Of a DNA stretch of 52,330 bases, positions 17,031 through 25,574 are shown piece by piece. Position 1 is the first letter of the stretch, and each line of letters starts with the position of its first letter. The translations under genes were made by a program, and so were the position numbers. This DNA comes from a virus (taxonomy: Duplodnaviria > Caudoviricetes): the IMG/VR virus record IMGVR_UViG_3300007735_000753, positions 1 through 52,330 of that record; one strand, written 5' to 3'. Under the pieces are notes generated by a model. The model did no database searches. It was given only the letters and a program-made list of their open reading frames with translations, and was not told where the DNA came from.

Positions 17031-17327
17031 CTATTCCTCTACTCTCGATCTCATCATGGCGTTTACAAGTCTGACCCGTTCTTGGGGAACGGCTTCAACG
17101 GGTGGTACGGGAGGCTGTGTAATGACGGGGGGTGTTGTAGGCCCACCCGTCGTGGGTGTGGTTGGTGGAGTTGTTGGAGGTATAACGGGCGGGGTCACAA
17201 CCGTCGGACCGGGAGGCTGTGTGATGGGTATGAGGGGTGGCGTTGGCTTCAGCATCCCCGCCGTCTGATAGGTCGGGAACTGGGGCTGCATCGTGATGCC
17301 CTGATAAGACCCAGAGACTTTAGGCAT
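17031..17327 (-). CDS. Pro/Thr-rich protein with C-terminal RVRLVNAMM helix
   Basis: GGAGG SD; overlaps the upstream stop. Confidence 0.7.
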   Translation of the reverse strand: MPKVSGSYQGITMQPQFPTYQTAGMLKPTPPLIPITQPPGPTVVTPPVIPPTTPPTTPTTGGPTTPPVITQPPVPPVEAVPQERVRLVNAMMRSRVEE

Positions 17328-18636
17328 TGCGGCGACCCTCCAACTTCTTGACCTTGCGGGCTAGTTGCTGGGTCGCGGCCATGTTGACGCCCACTGCATC
17401 GACCACGGGGATCTCAGATCCATTCCCAAGACCGAAGAAGCCCTTGAAGTCTTGCGCCATGGGGCCGACGTGGCGCTGTTGGCCTCCATCGGCAACACCA
17501 GGTTTATACTCCCATGACTTGATCGGGATTTTCTCCACGCCCTTCAGGATGGAATTGGCCGGTCTTACATTCTGCTTCTTGTTCTTGTCGGAGATAAGCG
17601 CCGAGCCAAGTGACCCCACAATCGAACCGATGCCCGACCACATCGAACTGTTCTGCTGCTGACGCTGGTTGTAGGCCTGAAGCTGGGCGTTATACGAGTT
17701 CCAGATGTTCCCTTGTACGTCGGGAGCCTGAACGCCCTGCGTATAGATGTTCCCACCCTGAACGGTCGGGGTCTTGGGGCTTGCACCTAGGAGAGTGGCT
17801 ACCCCCTGAGCGGGCGCATTGTACTGAAGCAAGGCCTCATTGGTCATCGCCTGACGTGCCTGCTGGGCCAACTGGGCGTTCTGGAGTTCCTCCGAGATGA
17901 TGCCCTGACGCGCCGTCTGCTGGACCTGACCCTGCTGGAGTTGTTCGGCTATCGCTCGCGCACGTGCATCGGTTCCCAATCCATACATACGGGATTGTTC
18001 TTGTGAGCCTGCTGCCAATGCATCCGCTGCAATGCGCGACATCTGCTCGTTCTGCGAACGGTTGAGACGGTCCATCTCACCGTTGTAGGCCTCACCCGTA
18101 ATGGGAAGGCCCCGATTAGCAAGCATCTGCTGGGTTGCCCGCGTCTGGTTTTCAAACTCAGGACGCAGGAGGCTCATGCCACGGTCGAACATGGTCTGCT
18201 GATAGGAGTCTCGATCAGCAGAGAAATCACCCGAACCCGGAGCGTTCGGAACATTCGACATGTTCAGCCCGTACATGTAGTCGGGCGCCCCGTTGAGATC
18301 CAACCCTGTCGTATAGCCTGGCAGATTGGTGGGAAGGCCAAAGGGGCCTGTAGGGACTGAAGCCGCAAGATTTGCAGCCGCATTGCTCAGGGTTCCCTGA
18401 AGCTGGGTCTGGGCGTCGAATGCGGCTTGCTGTTCAGGAGAGAGGCTCACCCTCTGTGCAATGGGTACTCCCTCGCTATCCTTATCAAACGTGATGTTCC
18501 CGTAGGGTGTGTACTGGGCGAGATTATTGAGCTTGGAGGATTCCTTCGCGGACTTGATATACGCATCCGCCTGCGCCTGGCTGGTCTTTACGGGATCGGG
18601 CGCTGCTGGAGCGCTGCCACCGGCCGACTTACCCAT
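17320..18636 (-). CDS. Pilot/ejection-type protein with C-terminal peptidase S74 (intramolecular chaperone) domain
   Basis: MGK...APAAPDP start, Gln-rich helices, SDKNKKQN...WEYK...HVGPMAQDF. Confidence 0.75.
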   Translation of the reverse strand: MGKSAGGSAPAAPDPVKTSQAQADAYIKSAKESSKLNNLAQYTPYGNITFDKDSEGVPIAQRVSLSPEQQAAFDAQTQLQGTLSNAAANLAASVPTGPFGLPTNLPGYTTGLDLNGAPDYMYGLNMSNVPNAPGSGDFSADRDSYQQTMFDRGMSLLRPEFENQTRATQQMLANRGLPITGEAYNGEMDRLNRSQNEQMSRIAADALAAGSQEQSRMYGLGTDARARAIAEQLQQGQVQQTARQGIISEELQNAQLAQQARQAMTNEALLQYNAPAQGVATLLGASPKTPTVQGGNIYTQGVQAPDVQGNIWNSYNAQLQAYNQRQQQNSSMWSGIGSIVGSLGSALISDKNKKQNVRPANSILKGVEKIPIKSWEYKPGVADGGQQRHVGPMAQDFKGFFGLGNGSEIPVVDAVGVNMAATQQLARKVKKLEGRRNA

Positions 18637-18639
18637 GAG

Positions 18640-19062
18640 TTACTCCTTGATCCACTTGCACTCATCCCGGAGCATTCCAAGGACAAATGCGTCGTTAATT
18701 CCGTCGTATGCTTTGCGGGCGCAACCTTCGATCTTGAAGCCTAGCCCTGTATTCAACTTCAATGCTCTTTCATTATTTGCCCCGATGATGAGCGTCATCC
18801 GTTCCAGTCCCTGCTGGACAAACGGATAATGAAAGAGGGCGGAGAGAACTCCCTTCCTGCACCACTTCGGGCTAGAGGCTGCAAACGTCAGTTCGCAGTC
18901 AAACTTCCTCCAACGATGATAGACAGCCCCACCGATGAGCCTGTCATTCTCCGCAATGCCGATGGTGGTGTAAGGGCCGAACTCCTCGACGCCCATCTTC
19001 TGGGGAAGGAGCGTAACAACGAATTCCGCTACTTCCTGTTCTTTCCCGAATACAAGACTCAG
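18640..19062 (-). CDS. GNAT-family acetyltransferase (start uncertain, probably CTG 19062)
   Basis: NERALKLNTGLGFKIEG motif; typical position after the tail nozzle gene. Confidence 0.8.
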   Translation of the reverse strand: MSLVFGKEQEVAEFVVTLLPQKMGVEEFGPYTTIGIAENDRLIGGAVYHRWRKFDCELTFAASSPKWCRKGVLSALFHYPFVQQGLERMTLIIGANNERALKLNTGLGFKIEGCARKAYDGINDAFVLGMLRDECKWIKE

Positions 19063-20597
19063 ACGAGGCCGGCGGGCTTCATCACCATGCTTGAGGATCG
19101 CCAGCTTACGCCTTGGCTGGTCAGCGAGACCCGCAACCGCATCGAAGCTGAGTAACCCAGCCCGTTCACGCCTTGCCACCCTCTTACCGACTGGCTCGCT
19201 CCGCCCCATACATCTACATCCCATATTGCTTCGTCCCAGATACCGCCGCTATCAACGGCAGCCGTGGAAACGCTTGAGGTTGGAACCGAAATATCAAAGT
19301 CCGTCCCGATTGAAATCAACGCACCGGGATCGCTGACGGCTGAGAAGATAACCCGAGCCATCGTGAAGTTCTTCAGTCGATCACTTGATCCGAAGAAATT
19401 CCATGCTGTCTGGGCATCTCCCACAATGGCGGACCCATTATCAGAGTACCCATCGTTACACTTGTAGACCTTCCCGTCCGTTCCCCCTCCGTAGAGGTTA
19501 TCGTTGAACAGACCGAAGATCGGGAAGTTCCATCCGGTGAACTTGCACCAGGATTGCGTGTCCGTATTCATCACGTGTTGGTCAAAGGCGGAGGTAGACC
19601 GTGGCACGTTGAAGATGAGCATTCGCCCACGGGGGTAGAATATGGCCTGCCAGCCCGTGTTGTCCCGGTAGAGGCGCATGGCCTCGGACACAGCAAGGGA
19701 TATCTTGTCTGAAAGGTCTAACTGGCTGGGCTGGGTACGACCGAAGGGGAGAACCTTCGTGAGTGGAGTGTATGACCCGTCTGTAATAGCAATCAGATCA
19801 GAGCCAAACTGAACGAGGCTGGAGTTGCCAATCGGAGGGCCAAGGTAGAACGTACCCACGCGAGACCAATCCGTAGACGATCCCGGATCAGACCCCTGAT
19901 AGATAATCACTTCACCCGACGAGAGGAAGAACGCGATCAGGTCATCCTGTCCCGTACCGCCATCGCTTGTGATTGTACCAATCGCCTTGAGCACACCACC
20001 GAATGAACCCGTGTACTTCAGCGGGAACTTGGTGAGGCTTCCCGAGATTGCTTGGAGTCCCGCATACCAGAAGTTCAGGGTGTTCTTTTCAATGAAGAAA
20101 AGACGTTCCTTGAAGACTGCTACATCGGAGAGATTGGTAACGGTAAGCCCCGACCCCGACCATGAGGTGGAGGTTAGAGTTGACCCATCATAATCTTGAG
20201 GGGCGTCCGTTCCATTGACAAGGAACAACCGCTCGGAGAAGTTCACCCACTTCCATCGGTTCTGGCTGAAGCCGGTTCCAATTGTGGAGGGTGTAGATGT
20301 GGAAACGTCGATAAGCTTCCCATTCACTGCTGCAACCAGCTTCCGACTAGTAGACGCCTTCCACTCAGCAAGGGTCTGGACTGAATAAGCACCCTCCCCC
20401 GTATTGCAATGGAGCGTGTGCCCCCCCCTGATGACCACATCACTCTGACGGGGGAACCAGTTCTCGAGGATGACGGCATCGCTCGGCTTCATGGAGTCTA
20501 GTGCGTCTCGTGCGTTCCACCCACCAACCGGAGGCGGCAAGGGGCGCTCAACCGCTGCGGGACCGCGACTGACCTGCCTGCCTCTGATCTGGAGCAT
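19059..20597 (-). CDS. Tail nozzle / packaged-DNA stabilization protein
   Basis: PPVGGWNARD...ENWFP, beta-propeller-like repeats, C-terminal WDEAIWDVDVWGG. Confidence 0.8.
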   Translation of the reverse strand: MLQIRGRQVSRGPAAVERPLPPPVGGWNARDALDSMKPSDAVILENWFPRQSDVVIRGGHTLHCNTGEGAYSVQTLAEWKASTSRKLVAAVNGKLIDVSTSTPSTIGTGFSQNRWKWVNFSERLFLVNGTDAPQDYDGSTLTSTSWSGSGLTVTNLSDVAVFKERLFFIEKNTLNFWYAGLQAISGSLTKFPLKYTGSFGGVLKAIGTITSDGGTGQDDLIAFFLSSGEVIIYQGSDPGSSTDWSRVGTFYLGPPIGNSSLVQFGSDLIAITDGSYTPLTKVLPFGRTQPSQLDLSDKISLAVSEAMRLYRDNTGWQAIFYPRGRMLIFNVPRSTSAFDQHVMNTDTQSWCKFTGWNFPIFGLFNDNLYGGGTDGKVYKCNDGYSDNGSAIVGDAQTAWNFFGSSDRLKNFTMARVIFSAVSDPGALISIGTDFDISVPTSSVSTAAVDSGGIWDEAIWDVDVWGGASQSVRGWQGVNGLGYSASMRLRVSLTSQGVSWRSSSMVMKPAGLV

Positions 20598-20600
20598 GGG

Positions 20601-21701
20601 CTACTTTCGACGCTTGGGCGCTTCTACGATTGCGGCTTCGATGTCATCCCGCACCGAGGCGGGTTTCGTTCCCTTGGGAAGGTCGAAGGGTCTCTTGGGC
20701 TTCTTTGGCCTCGGGTTCTCCCAAGGCTCGGGGGGCTTGCGTGGCATGACCTTCGCACCCGTGGCCTCTGCCGGCTTGGCAAACATGCGCTTGATGGCGC
20801 CGCCCGCCTTTGAAATCACTGGGGCCAAGATGCCACCTCCCACCGCTGTTGCCGCCGCGAACGGCGCTATTGATCCATCTTCTGTAACTGCATTGACGCG
20901 GTCGCCCACATCACCTTCCGCCTCACCCATATCCATGACGGCGAGTGTCCCCGCGCCAGAGGCACCGAGCCCAGCCGCTGCTTCCGCCGCCTTGCCCGCT
21001 CCCGTTGTTGCCTCGGGAGCAAACCCCAACAAGCGACGCCCGCCCTTGATGAGCATGTCAGCGCCCTTGTTGATGCCGGAGAAGATTGGCCCTCCAGAAA
21101 GAAGCCCGGCAGTTGTTCCCACGACACTGCGGGGCGAGAATGAAGGCTCGTAAGCCACATCCTCCTCCTTGATGCGACGGGCTTCCTTGACGTTCTCGTC
21201 GTAGGTGCCTTGTCCAAATAAGGCACCTGCCCCCGCAACCACCTCATCATCAAACCCGAACAGGGGCCATGAGAGGCCGTTCAGGATCATGGCTTGGTAT
21301 TTCTCATTCTCGGGGCGTGGGTCATTTTCCCCCGGCTCAAACAATTGCCACGGTTCCGGCATCTCAGGAAGAAACCACGACATGTCGGGGCTGCCTTCCC
21401 CGAGGCTCTTTTCCCACTTCTTTTTACGGTATTCGTATGATCCGCTATCGTCCGCGTAGGGGTCTTCGTACCCCATGCCCTCGAGCACATAGGACCACGT
21501 GGACCGGTTATCCTGGTCCGGGTTGTTGGCGTAGTACTCTTCCTTTCTTTCCTTCATGCTTGCCTGCGTGAAGGGAAGATCGCTGTCCTTGAGTGTGCCC
21601 GCCTTAGCCTTCTGATAGAGAGCGCGCGCCTCTTCCGGGTGCTGCTCTGCCCACTGGGCGATTTGCTCTTCGCGTGAAAGAGAAGGGGGCCGGTAGGGCA
21701 T
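20601..21701 (-). CDS. Paralog of the N-terminal part of ejection protein 11712..14027
   Basis: LFGFDDEVVAGAGALFGQGTYDEN versus LFGYGDEVVAGGGALFDGDYEK; ends SVRDDIEAAIVEAPKRRK. Confidence 0.75.
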   Translation of the reverse strand: MPYRPPSLSREEQIAQWAEQHPEEARALYQKAKAGTLKDSDLPFTQASMKERKEEYYANNPDQDNRSTWSYVLEGMGYEDPYADDSGSYEYRKKKWEKSLGEGSPDMSWFLPEMPEPWQLFEPGENDPRPENEKYQAMILNGLSWPLFGFDDEVVAGAGALFGQGTYDENVKEARRIKEEDVAYEPSFSPRSVVGTTAGLLSGGPIFSGINKGADMLIKGGRRLLGFAPEATTGAGKAAEAAAGLGASGAGTLAVMDMGEAEGDVGDRVNAVTEDGSIAPFAAATAVGGGILAPVISKAGGAIKRMFAKPAEATGAKVMPRKPPEPWENPRPKKPKRPFDLPKGTKPASVRDDIEAAIVEAPKRRK

Positions 21702-21714
21702 CTGTATCTACCCC

Positions 21715-22110
21715 TTAACGACGGCGCGGCTTCTTGCGGCGGGGCTGCTTGGGAATAACCAACTGGTAAGACCCGTCCTTGCGGATCTTGAAGATCACAC
21801 CATCATCCCGGCGCATATGCACGCGGCTGTTATAGGATGTCTGCCATGAGCCAGTTCTTTCATTCCACGTTACCGGCTCGTACCTGCGGCCTTCGCTATC
21901 GCGGTAGTACTTAACTTCTCTCTGTCCTGACGCCCTGTTTGGGAGGATCTCGCGCACAGGATAGATCTTGACTACCTTGGTCTTCATCTTGGGAGACTTT
22001 TTCTTTTTTCCCAAGCCAAAGAGTGACGATGGCCTCTTGGCCGCCGTGGCGCTCTTTGCCGTCGTAGCCTTGATGGCGCGATCAATCGCGAACCTTACCC
22101 CACTCGGCAT
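21715..22110 (-). CDS. Highly basic hypothetical protein
   Basis: AGGAG SD; Lys/Arg-rich; VRFAIDRAI N-terminal helix. Confidence 0.7.
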   Translation of the reverse strand: MPSGVRFAIDRAIKATTAKSATAAKRPSSLFGLGKKKKSPKMKTKVVKIYPVREILPNRASGQREVKYYRDSEGRRYEPVTWNERTGSWQTSYNSRVHMRRDDGVIFKIRKDGSYQLVIPKQPRRKKPRRR

Positions 22111-22113
22111 GTC

Positions 22114-22599
22114 TTAAACTCCTGAATAATCTTTGTAGAAGAACTGCTTGGGGTCCACGGAGCGGTTATCCTTCCTCATCCCGAAATGGAGATGGGGCCC
22201 GGTGCTTCTTCCCGTCGTTCCCACATAGCCGAGGATGTCACCCCGCTTGACCTCGCCCCCGCTCAATCCCTTCTTCGATACCTTGCTCATGTGCAGGTAG
22301 CGGGACTGATACCCGTCCGGGTGCTTGACCGTGACCTTGTACCCACCGACCGGGTCCGGGGTATTTCCATCAATCCACCCGTCTTCTGAGGCGTAGATGG
22401 GAGTGCCAGGTGCAGCGGCGTAATCAATCCCCTCGTGAAGCATTGGCTTCTTGAGGATGGGATGCTCGCGCATACCGTAGGGAGAGGAAACGAAGGATTC
22501 ATCCCTCAACGGAACATCCAGATCGGGAGACCCCTTCTTCATCATGGCGCGGACGAAACGCTCACGCGCCGCTCTGGCCTTGATGCCGTTGTAGGGCAT
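22114..22599 (-). CDS. M23-family metallopeptidase (peptidoglycan hydrolase)
   Basis: HEGIDYAA (HxxxD), YLHM, GRSTGPHLHF (HxH). Confidence 0.92.
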   Translation of the reverse strand: MPYNGIKARAARERFVRAMMKKGSPDLDVPLRDESFVSSPYGMREHPILKKPMLHEGIDYAAAPGTPIYASEDGWIDGNTPDPVGGYKVTVKHPDGYQSRYLHMSKVSKKGLSGGEVKRGDILGYVGTTGRSTGPHLHFGMRKDNRSVDPKQFFYKDYSGV

Positions 22600-23054
22600 T
22601 AGCGACCTCGCTTACCGCGAGATGCCCTGCCCTCTTCATAGGCGCGTCGCATGAGCTTACCCATCGGGGTCTGGCCATAGGGACCGTAGATGATTGGCTT
22701 GATGGCCGCATCATCTCCATTCACCCCCGCCTGATAGGCCCCACGGATCATGCGATCCGACTCTTCCGGGTCTTCATAGGCAGCGGGGAACCCCTCATCC
22801 GCACCTGGACCTTCCATCTGCTTCTTGCGGGCGAATTCGTCCACGTCGCTATCACCCGTCTCATAGGGCATACCCCGACGCATACGGCTTGCAGAGGCTG
22901 CCTGTGGGGCGAAGGATGGGCCCTGAGCGACATTAGCCGCCATCGGGTCCATGCCCATTTCCCCGCCCTCTCCACCCATCTCTGCGCCTTCTAGGACGGT
23001 ATAGATGTCATCACGCACGGTAGGCGGTCGCTTCATCTTCATGTCTAACTCCAC
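22599..23054 (-). CDS. Hypothetical protein with TVRDDIYTVL motif
   Basis: Coupled ORF; largely disordered. Confidence 0.65.
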   Translation of the reverse strand: MELDMKMKRPPTVRDDIYTVLEGAEMGGEGGEMGMDPMAANVAQGPSFAPQAASASRMRRGMPYETGDSDVDEFARKKQMEGPGADEGFPAAYEDPEESDRMIRGAYQAGVNGDDAAIKPIIYGPYGQTPMGKLMRRAYEEGRASRGKRGR

Positions 23055-23743
23055 GTTCCTTCAGGAATGCGACCACGACCCAGTCCCTGGAGCGTTGGCC
23101 CTGCAATGTTCAACTTCCGGCGTGTGCCATCCCGCGCGATGATTTTGGACTTCTCCCGCTCGTACTCGTCGTATCTCTGGGAGTAATCGAGTCCTTTGGC
23201 TTCCAGCCATCTCCACACGAGGGAAAGCGTGAGGAGGTGCTCGGGCAATCTCCCGGTATCACTATCCGCCGCCCATGCCGCCTGTGCCGTACCACCCGAA
23301 GACTGGCACCACTTGTTGGAGACGTACTCGTAGTAGATGGTCTGCCCTGCAGAAGGAGCCGGCATGAAATAGAACTGGTTTCCTCTAATCCGGTACTGAG
23401 ACCAGACGGTGGAGGTCACCTGCGCCTTCTGCGCCTGCCAGCTTTGGGCACTGAGAGGCCCATACACTGGGTCAGTCGTGGTCCGGTTCCACAGGGTCTC
23501 GCTGATGATGCGGTCGAGGTCTGTGGGGAGGGTGTGCCCGGATTGGACCTCAGTAGCCACAGTCGTGAACGATGTTTCCGTCACCAACGCCTGCCAGTCA
23601 TGTTCCCGCATGAGGACATCACCGGCAATGTTGCACAGGGCAAGTAACTGCTTTTGCGTTTCGCCCGTGTTGCTGTAGACGGTGGAAGTCACAGGCAGGT
23701 TGAGCATGGCCTGCGCGCGATTGGTGATCGTGAGCAAACTCAT
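23045..23743 (-). CDS. Head-to-tail adaptor (tail tubular protein A-like)
   Basis: MSLLTI start, HDWQAL, EYVSNKW, WRWLEAKGLDY; position. Confidence 0.75.
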   Translation of the reverse strand: MSLLTITNRAQAMLNLPVTSTVYSNTGETQKQLLALCNIAGDVLMREHDWQALVTETSFTTVATEVQSGHTLPTDLDRIISETLWNRTTTDPVYGPLSAQSWQAQKAQVTSTVWSQYRIRGNQFYFMPAPSAGQTIYYEYVSNKWCQSSGGTAQAAWAADSDTGRLPEHLLTLSLVWRWLEAKGLDYSQRYDEYEREKSKIIARDGTRRKLNIAGPTLQGLGRGRIPEGTWS

Positions 23744-23970
23744 TTCCTGCGCCTTCCGTCATTGAGGGAGGGATAGACCCCCGCCGTGTAACCAGCGCCC
23801 ATGCCGGCAAGTGTCACGAGATTCTTCCGTTTCGCGTGAAACTTCTTCAGCTTGGGGCTTTGCCAGACTTTCCGGTCATAGAGTTTCCTCGCCCCGACAC
23901 CACCGAGTGCGGCCCCTGCAATGGGAGCCACCTCCAGCGCCTTGTCGAAGATGTCCCGGTTGTCTGACAT
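23740..23970 (-). CDS. Glycine-zipper small protein with DNRDIFDKAL motif
   Basis: Paralog of 15704..16072 and 24229..24498; ends GRRRK. Confidence 0.75.
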   Translation of the reverse strand: MSDNRDIFDKALEVAPIAGAALGGVGARKLYDRKVWQSPKLKKFHAKRKNLVTLAGMGAGYTAGVYPSLNDGRRRK

Positions 23971-23971
23971 G

Positions 23972-24229
23972 CTAGCCCTTCCTGGACTTGGTCACGACCG
24001 GCTTCTGGATCGGATACTCAAACGCCTTCTCAAACACATCGCGCGTGTCGATGGAGTTGATGGCCTTCGCAGCCTTCGTCACCGGAGAGACCTGTTTGGC
24101 AGGGCGGTACGGCATTGTCTTTGCTGTGCCCGTCCCCGGTACATAGTTGGGAATGGGAACAGTCTTACCCGTCCCCGGCTTGTACGGCATCTTGGGAAAA
24201 GAGCCGTAGGGGTTCTTCTGGTTCGCCAT
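23972..24229 (-). CDS. Small basic protein with DTRDVFEKAF motif
   Basis: TAATG coupling; internal PGTG repeat. Confidence 0.7.
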   Translation of the reverse strand: MANQKNPYGSFPKMPYKPGTGKTVPIPNYVPGTGTAKTMPYRPAKQVSPVTKAAKAINSIDTRDVFEKAFEYPIQKPVVTKSRKG

Positions 24230-24498
24230 TACTTGCGCCTCTCTTTCTTTTTGGCGTCGTTGTACTGACGGTTCAACGAATGTCCCATGCTGTAGGCGCC
24301 ACCAGCCAGACCGCCAGCCATAGCGCCTTTAAAACCTTCATCGCCAAGGCGCTTACGACCGACTGCCTTCTTTGCTTTCCCAAAAGCACGACCAGCCACG
24401 CCACCAGCGAGCATTCCGGCGATCATTGGGGCGGGGGATTCCATGACCTTGTCAAAGATGTCCCGGTTATCTTCAACTTCCTTGAATTTCTTTCCCAT
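24229..24498 (-). CDS. Glycine-zipper small protein with DNRDIFDKVM motif
   Basis: AAGGAGG SD; ends KKERRK. Confidence 0.75.
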   Translation of the reverse strand: MGKKFKEVEDNRDIFDKVMESPAPMIAGMLAGGVAGRAFGKAKKAVGRKRLGDEGFKGAMAGGLAGGAYSMGHSLNRQYNDAKKKERRK

Positions 24499-24510
24499 GA
24501 GGACGCCTCC

Positions 24511-24864
24511 TTACGACGCTACAGTCGGAATCGTATGGCAGGCAGTGGCGCTCGTGAAGAACACCACAACGCTCTTGGCCGTGGCCATGGAGAGCGAGGT
24601 CGTGGCGTTGATCGTGGCACCCGTGGGCGGGTACAGGGTCAGGGTAGAGCCGCTCTCGTTCTTCACGAGGTAGGTATCACCCTTGTTGGAAGCAGGGAGA
24701 ATGGCCCCGCCTGAACCGGACGAAAGCAGGACGCATTCCGCCGTGATCTTCGCCGCATCCGTCGCGCTCGATCCCGCTGCTGCCAGCGACTGCGCTTCGC
24801 CCACAATAGCCTGGGCCTGAACTGCCGGCGTACCGGCGCTCATCAACTTTGTCTGTCGTGCCAT
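24511..24864 (-). CDS. Small Ala/Ser/Thr-rich putative virion protein
   Basis: AAGGAG SD; beta-rich composition. Confidence 0.7.
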   Translation of the reverse strand: MARQTKLMSAGTPAVQAQAIVGEAQSLAAAGSSATDAAKITAECVLLSSGSGGAILPASNKGDTYLVKNESGSTLTLYPPTGATINATTSLSMATAKSVVVFFTSATACHTIPTVAS

Positions 24865-24870
24865 TCGTAG

Positions 24871-25503
24871 TTACTCCTTTGCCTTCCTGGCTCTTGGTTC
24901 TGCGGCAGGTGTCTCGGTTTCCCGTTCCTTCACCGCGCTCAATAATTGGTCCATCTGGATCTGCATCAGGTCCAACTGACGCTTCAGTTCCCGGTTCTCG
25001 ACTTCCATCTTGGCGAGAGGGGCTGCACTCTTTGCGCTATCCATGAACGCCTTCGCCTTCTCGCGCATGTCACGCAGGCCAATGGCGCCCGGCTTTGAAA
25101 TTGCGCCGTCGCTCAACGCTGCCAACTGCTGCACCGTGAAGACGTTCATGTATTCGAGGGCCTTGGCCATCTCGGTCGGGATCAGCGGCCAGAGGGAGAG
25201 TGGAATCCCGTCTCCAATCATGTCCGGGTTAATTCTCTTTGACTTCCAGATGCCGTACTCGTTCGGAAACTGCTCCTTGATCGCCTGCGTCACGCGCTTG
25301 ACCGGGGAGTTGCCTTTGTCCCCTGCAATAAGCAGTTCAACAAACTCAACCGTGCGGAATACGGGGAGGCCGTTCGCATCGATTTCATTCGTGCGCTTTG
25401 TTTCCTCGAAGAAGCGCGGCGTGATGTGCGCCATGTTCTCTTTCTTCGGGATTTTCTGCTGCAAGGCGACGCGGTCGTGCATTTCCATGTTGTCAAAAGA
25501 CAT
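24871..25503 (-). CDS. Conserved-type phage head-region hypothetical protein
   Basis: VFTVQQLAALSD motif; C-terminal coiled coil. Confidence 0.75.
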   Translation of the reverse strand: MSFDNMEMHDRVALQQKIPKKENMAHITPRFFEETKRTNEIDANGLPVFRTVEFVELLIAGDKGNSPVKRVTQAIKEQFPNEYGIWKSKRINPDMIGDGIPLSLWPLIPTEMAKALEYMNVFTVQQLAALSDGAISKPGAIGLRDMREKAKAFMDSAKSAAPLAKMEVENRELKRQLDLMQIQMDQLLSAVKERETETPAAEPRARKAKE

Positions 25504-25574
25504 TGGATCTTCCTTCTAGTCGTAAGACTTCCGCCGGAATTGGCGGAGTGGTCTTGAAAAAATGGAGTGGGGAC

